A stretch of DNA of 64,000 bases from Trichosphaerium sp. ATCC 40318 (lineage: Eukaryota > Protista > Tubulinea), in the NCBI GenBank assembly GCA_038496445.1, contig JALMLS010000417.1, positions 1-64,000 on the forward strand, in the 5' to 3' direction. Positions 61,929 to 64,000 of the stretch are shown one piece after another. Under the pieces are notes generated by a model. The model made no database searches. It worked only from the letters and a program-made list of their open reading frames with translations, and was not told the origin of the DNA. Made by a program: the position numbers and the translations under genes. Every line of letters starts with the position of its first letter. The stretch's first letter is position 1.

Positions 61929-64000
61929 TTATACAGCTATTTTACCTTTGTTTGCTTTGTTACGACGGGCGAAGTTAAAAGGAAGCACTTGATTTTTGAT
62001 CGGCCGTACTTTGAGTACAACAAGAATAATAGTGACGATGGCAATGAGAACCAGTATAACGATTATACCACTCACTATAGCAACAGTAGGCAACTCGCTT
62101 TGAGATGCACTTTGACAAGCATGTTCAACTTTAAACAGCAAAATGATACTTCCTATGTATAAACTGTTAATACCAACACGTGATGTCTTTAAGACAACAA
62201 TCAAAGTGATTGAAAAAAAACGCTGAGTATTGTTTCGTACCCTTGTCGTTATTGATTGGCGATGCTGTAGTTTCAATGCACCCATCAACGGTATTATTAA
62301 CAATAACGTCAGCGCTAAAATCCGTACAATCATTCATTGGGTCGTAGTTAATGAGAGTATGAGTCTACGACAACAGAAATGAGACACATCCGCGTTTCAG
62401 ACAAACTTACTTGGTCATTTGATACCTCTGTATCCAAAACCATTGTTATTGTACCGTTCACTAGCACACAACCTGAAATCATGGTAAGTTGTTTTATGCC
62501 GTGACAAAGGTATACGTACTTCCCACAGTAATTGTTGAGTTAGCAATAAACACGGAAGAGCCATCCAAGGTCAAGTCTCCAAGCACTACATAGGTTCCAT
62601 TCCAAGTCGTTGATTCTATTACAAAGATAGGTCCATCTGCAACCCATGTACCTTGGCGTAGAGTTAGTCAAAGGAATAATCAGCTAGTGTACCATTTATA
62701 CAAATAAAATCAGATACTGGTGGGTCTCCAAAACAATCATTGCTATTCTGAGGTTTCGATGGAGGTTCAGTGACTGGATCTACGCTAGGTGGTATTGTTG
62801 GTGGTGTTGTCAGAACCGTATTTGGAGCAATCGTAGGCGGAGGTGTTTGGGGTACAGGAGCACTTGATGGAGACAAAACAACCCTCTGGTACAATTATTA
62901 AAGCAAAGCAATAAACTAAAGCGCTCACCTTCTGAAATGCACCGACGTCGATGTACCCTCTAGCACGTGGATTTCCATCTACTTGAGTGTAAAGATTCCT
63001 TATTGAAAACAAAAATAACATACCAATGTCGTGGAAAGGCTCGACTTCCTCAACACCTTGTAATCGTATTTAGTTTTTGGATATATTTGCAACACGCACC
63101 TCTGAACTCAAACACATTTATCGCGCTATCAGTTAGCCTGTAATCATATATGCCTATATCTTCGAACGTGCTCATTGGAGCGTTGTAGACAGTAGATGAA
63201 GATATGTCCTCATTAGTCATTGTTATTACGTTTTTCCACGCATTTGCAGAGCCAGTATGTTGGGAAAAAGCTGAAAGCCCTAAACTTGTGTAAGTGTTTC
63301 TTAAGTACTAGAGTATGACATGTTAATACCCATTCCAAAGGTGGCGTATACTAAAGAGAAACTTCCTTGTTCATCCACGCAGGGCGAGTGAATAACTACA
63401 AGAGTGAAGGTTAACAATACGGAGATGATAGCGCTTTTACCTTTTTCTACTTTTCCAGTAACCAGTATATTTGAGACTTTGAATTGCGCTCCCTTGTGAC
63501 AGCTAGCTTGGTTTTAATGTAAAACAGTTTCGTTGTTATATTAAACATACTCGAATACTTTTTCAGACGTTTCACTTGTACTTCCGATATAACGAAATCG
63601 GTCTTGAATTAAAATAAATATGAGAAAAAACTACGAAAAAAAAGAGAAAATTATGCACAACTTACCGACTGCCACGTTCTGTGCACAGCTGTCACTACTT
63701 GCTTTTATGAACTCTAGTAGTAATTTAGATTTTATCCACACTTAAATCCTGCGTACTTGAATATGTGCCGTAAACTCGAACATCTGTAACAATCACGTGA
63801 CCAGCACTAACCTCAATACCAGTCGGTGTAGTTCCGGTATTGCTAAACGTAACATTTTTGAAATAAACAAAGCGATCATTGGTTGAAATACACTCTGTGT
63901 TCACGTGCACAATACTAAAAGAAAGAAAAGGTGTCAGCTCAAATATTAACGCTAGACAAAAACAACACTACCGTACCATCCTGGTACATTTTCTGTTTCT
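61929..64000 (-). CDS. Type I surface protein (beta-helix + choice-of-anchor-Q-like motif + PT stalk + TM), 5' end outside window
   Basis: DGNPRARGYIDVGAFQ; PT-rich stalk; GDLTLDGSSV..GCVLVNGTI segment resembling the 45573-48117 gene; TM AIVSGIIVILVLIAIVTIILVVL. Confidence 0.72.

Noticed and set aside
1-64000. Alternative genetic code suggested by the fragmented ORF track
   Set aside because: The fragmentation is explained by short introns. Long exons are open under the standard code, and TAA, TAG and TGA all end genes.

Overview
This is gene-dense, AT-rich eukaryotic nuclear DNA using the standard genetic code, with many short spliceosomal introns (about 45-150 nt; donors GTACGT/GTAAGT/GTGCGT; CTAAC-type branch points). 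The gene content (F-box/LRR, CAR-like GPCR, VIT-vWA, Pmp-like, BPI) suggests an amoeboid or other phagotrophic protist, but that is inference. I reconstructed about 27 protein genes by manual splicing, so exon boundaries are approximate. Main highlights: (1) a tRNA-Gly(UCC)-like gene whose 3' half lies upstream of its 5' half (circularly permuted, 14922-15000, minus strand); (2) a VIT-vWA protein with an ESCRT-III (Vps24/Vps2-like) domain and two MIM1 motifs inserted before its C-terminal domain; (3) a membrane-anchored protein of about 2,200 aa with six tandem PstS phosphate-binding domains, of which only the membrane-proximal one keeps the full phosphate site; (4) an F-box fused to a PPP pseudophosphatase; (5) about 60 copies of the palindrome CACGTG versus about 7 expected, overlapping several GC-AG splice donors; (6) an atypical Rho GTPase (G12E/Q61R-equivalent, CAAX box not terminal).
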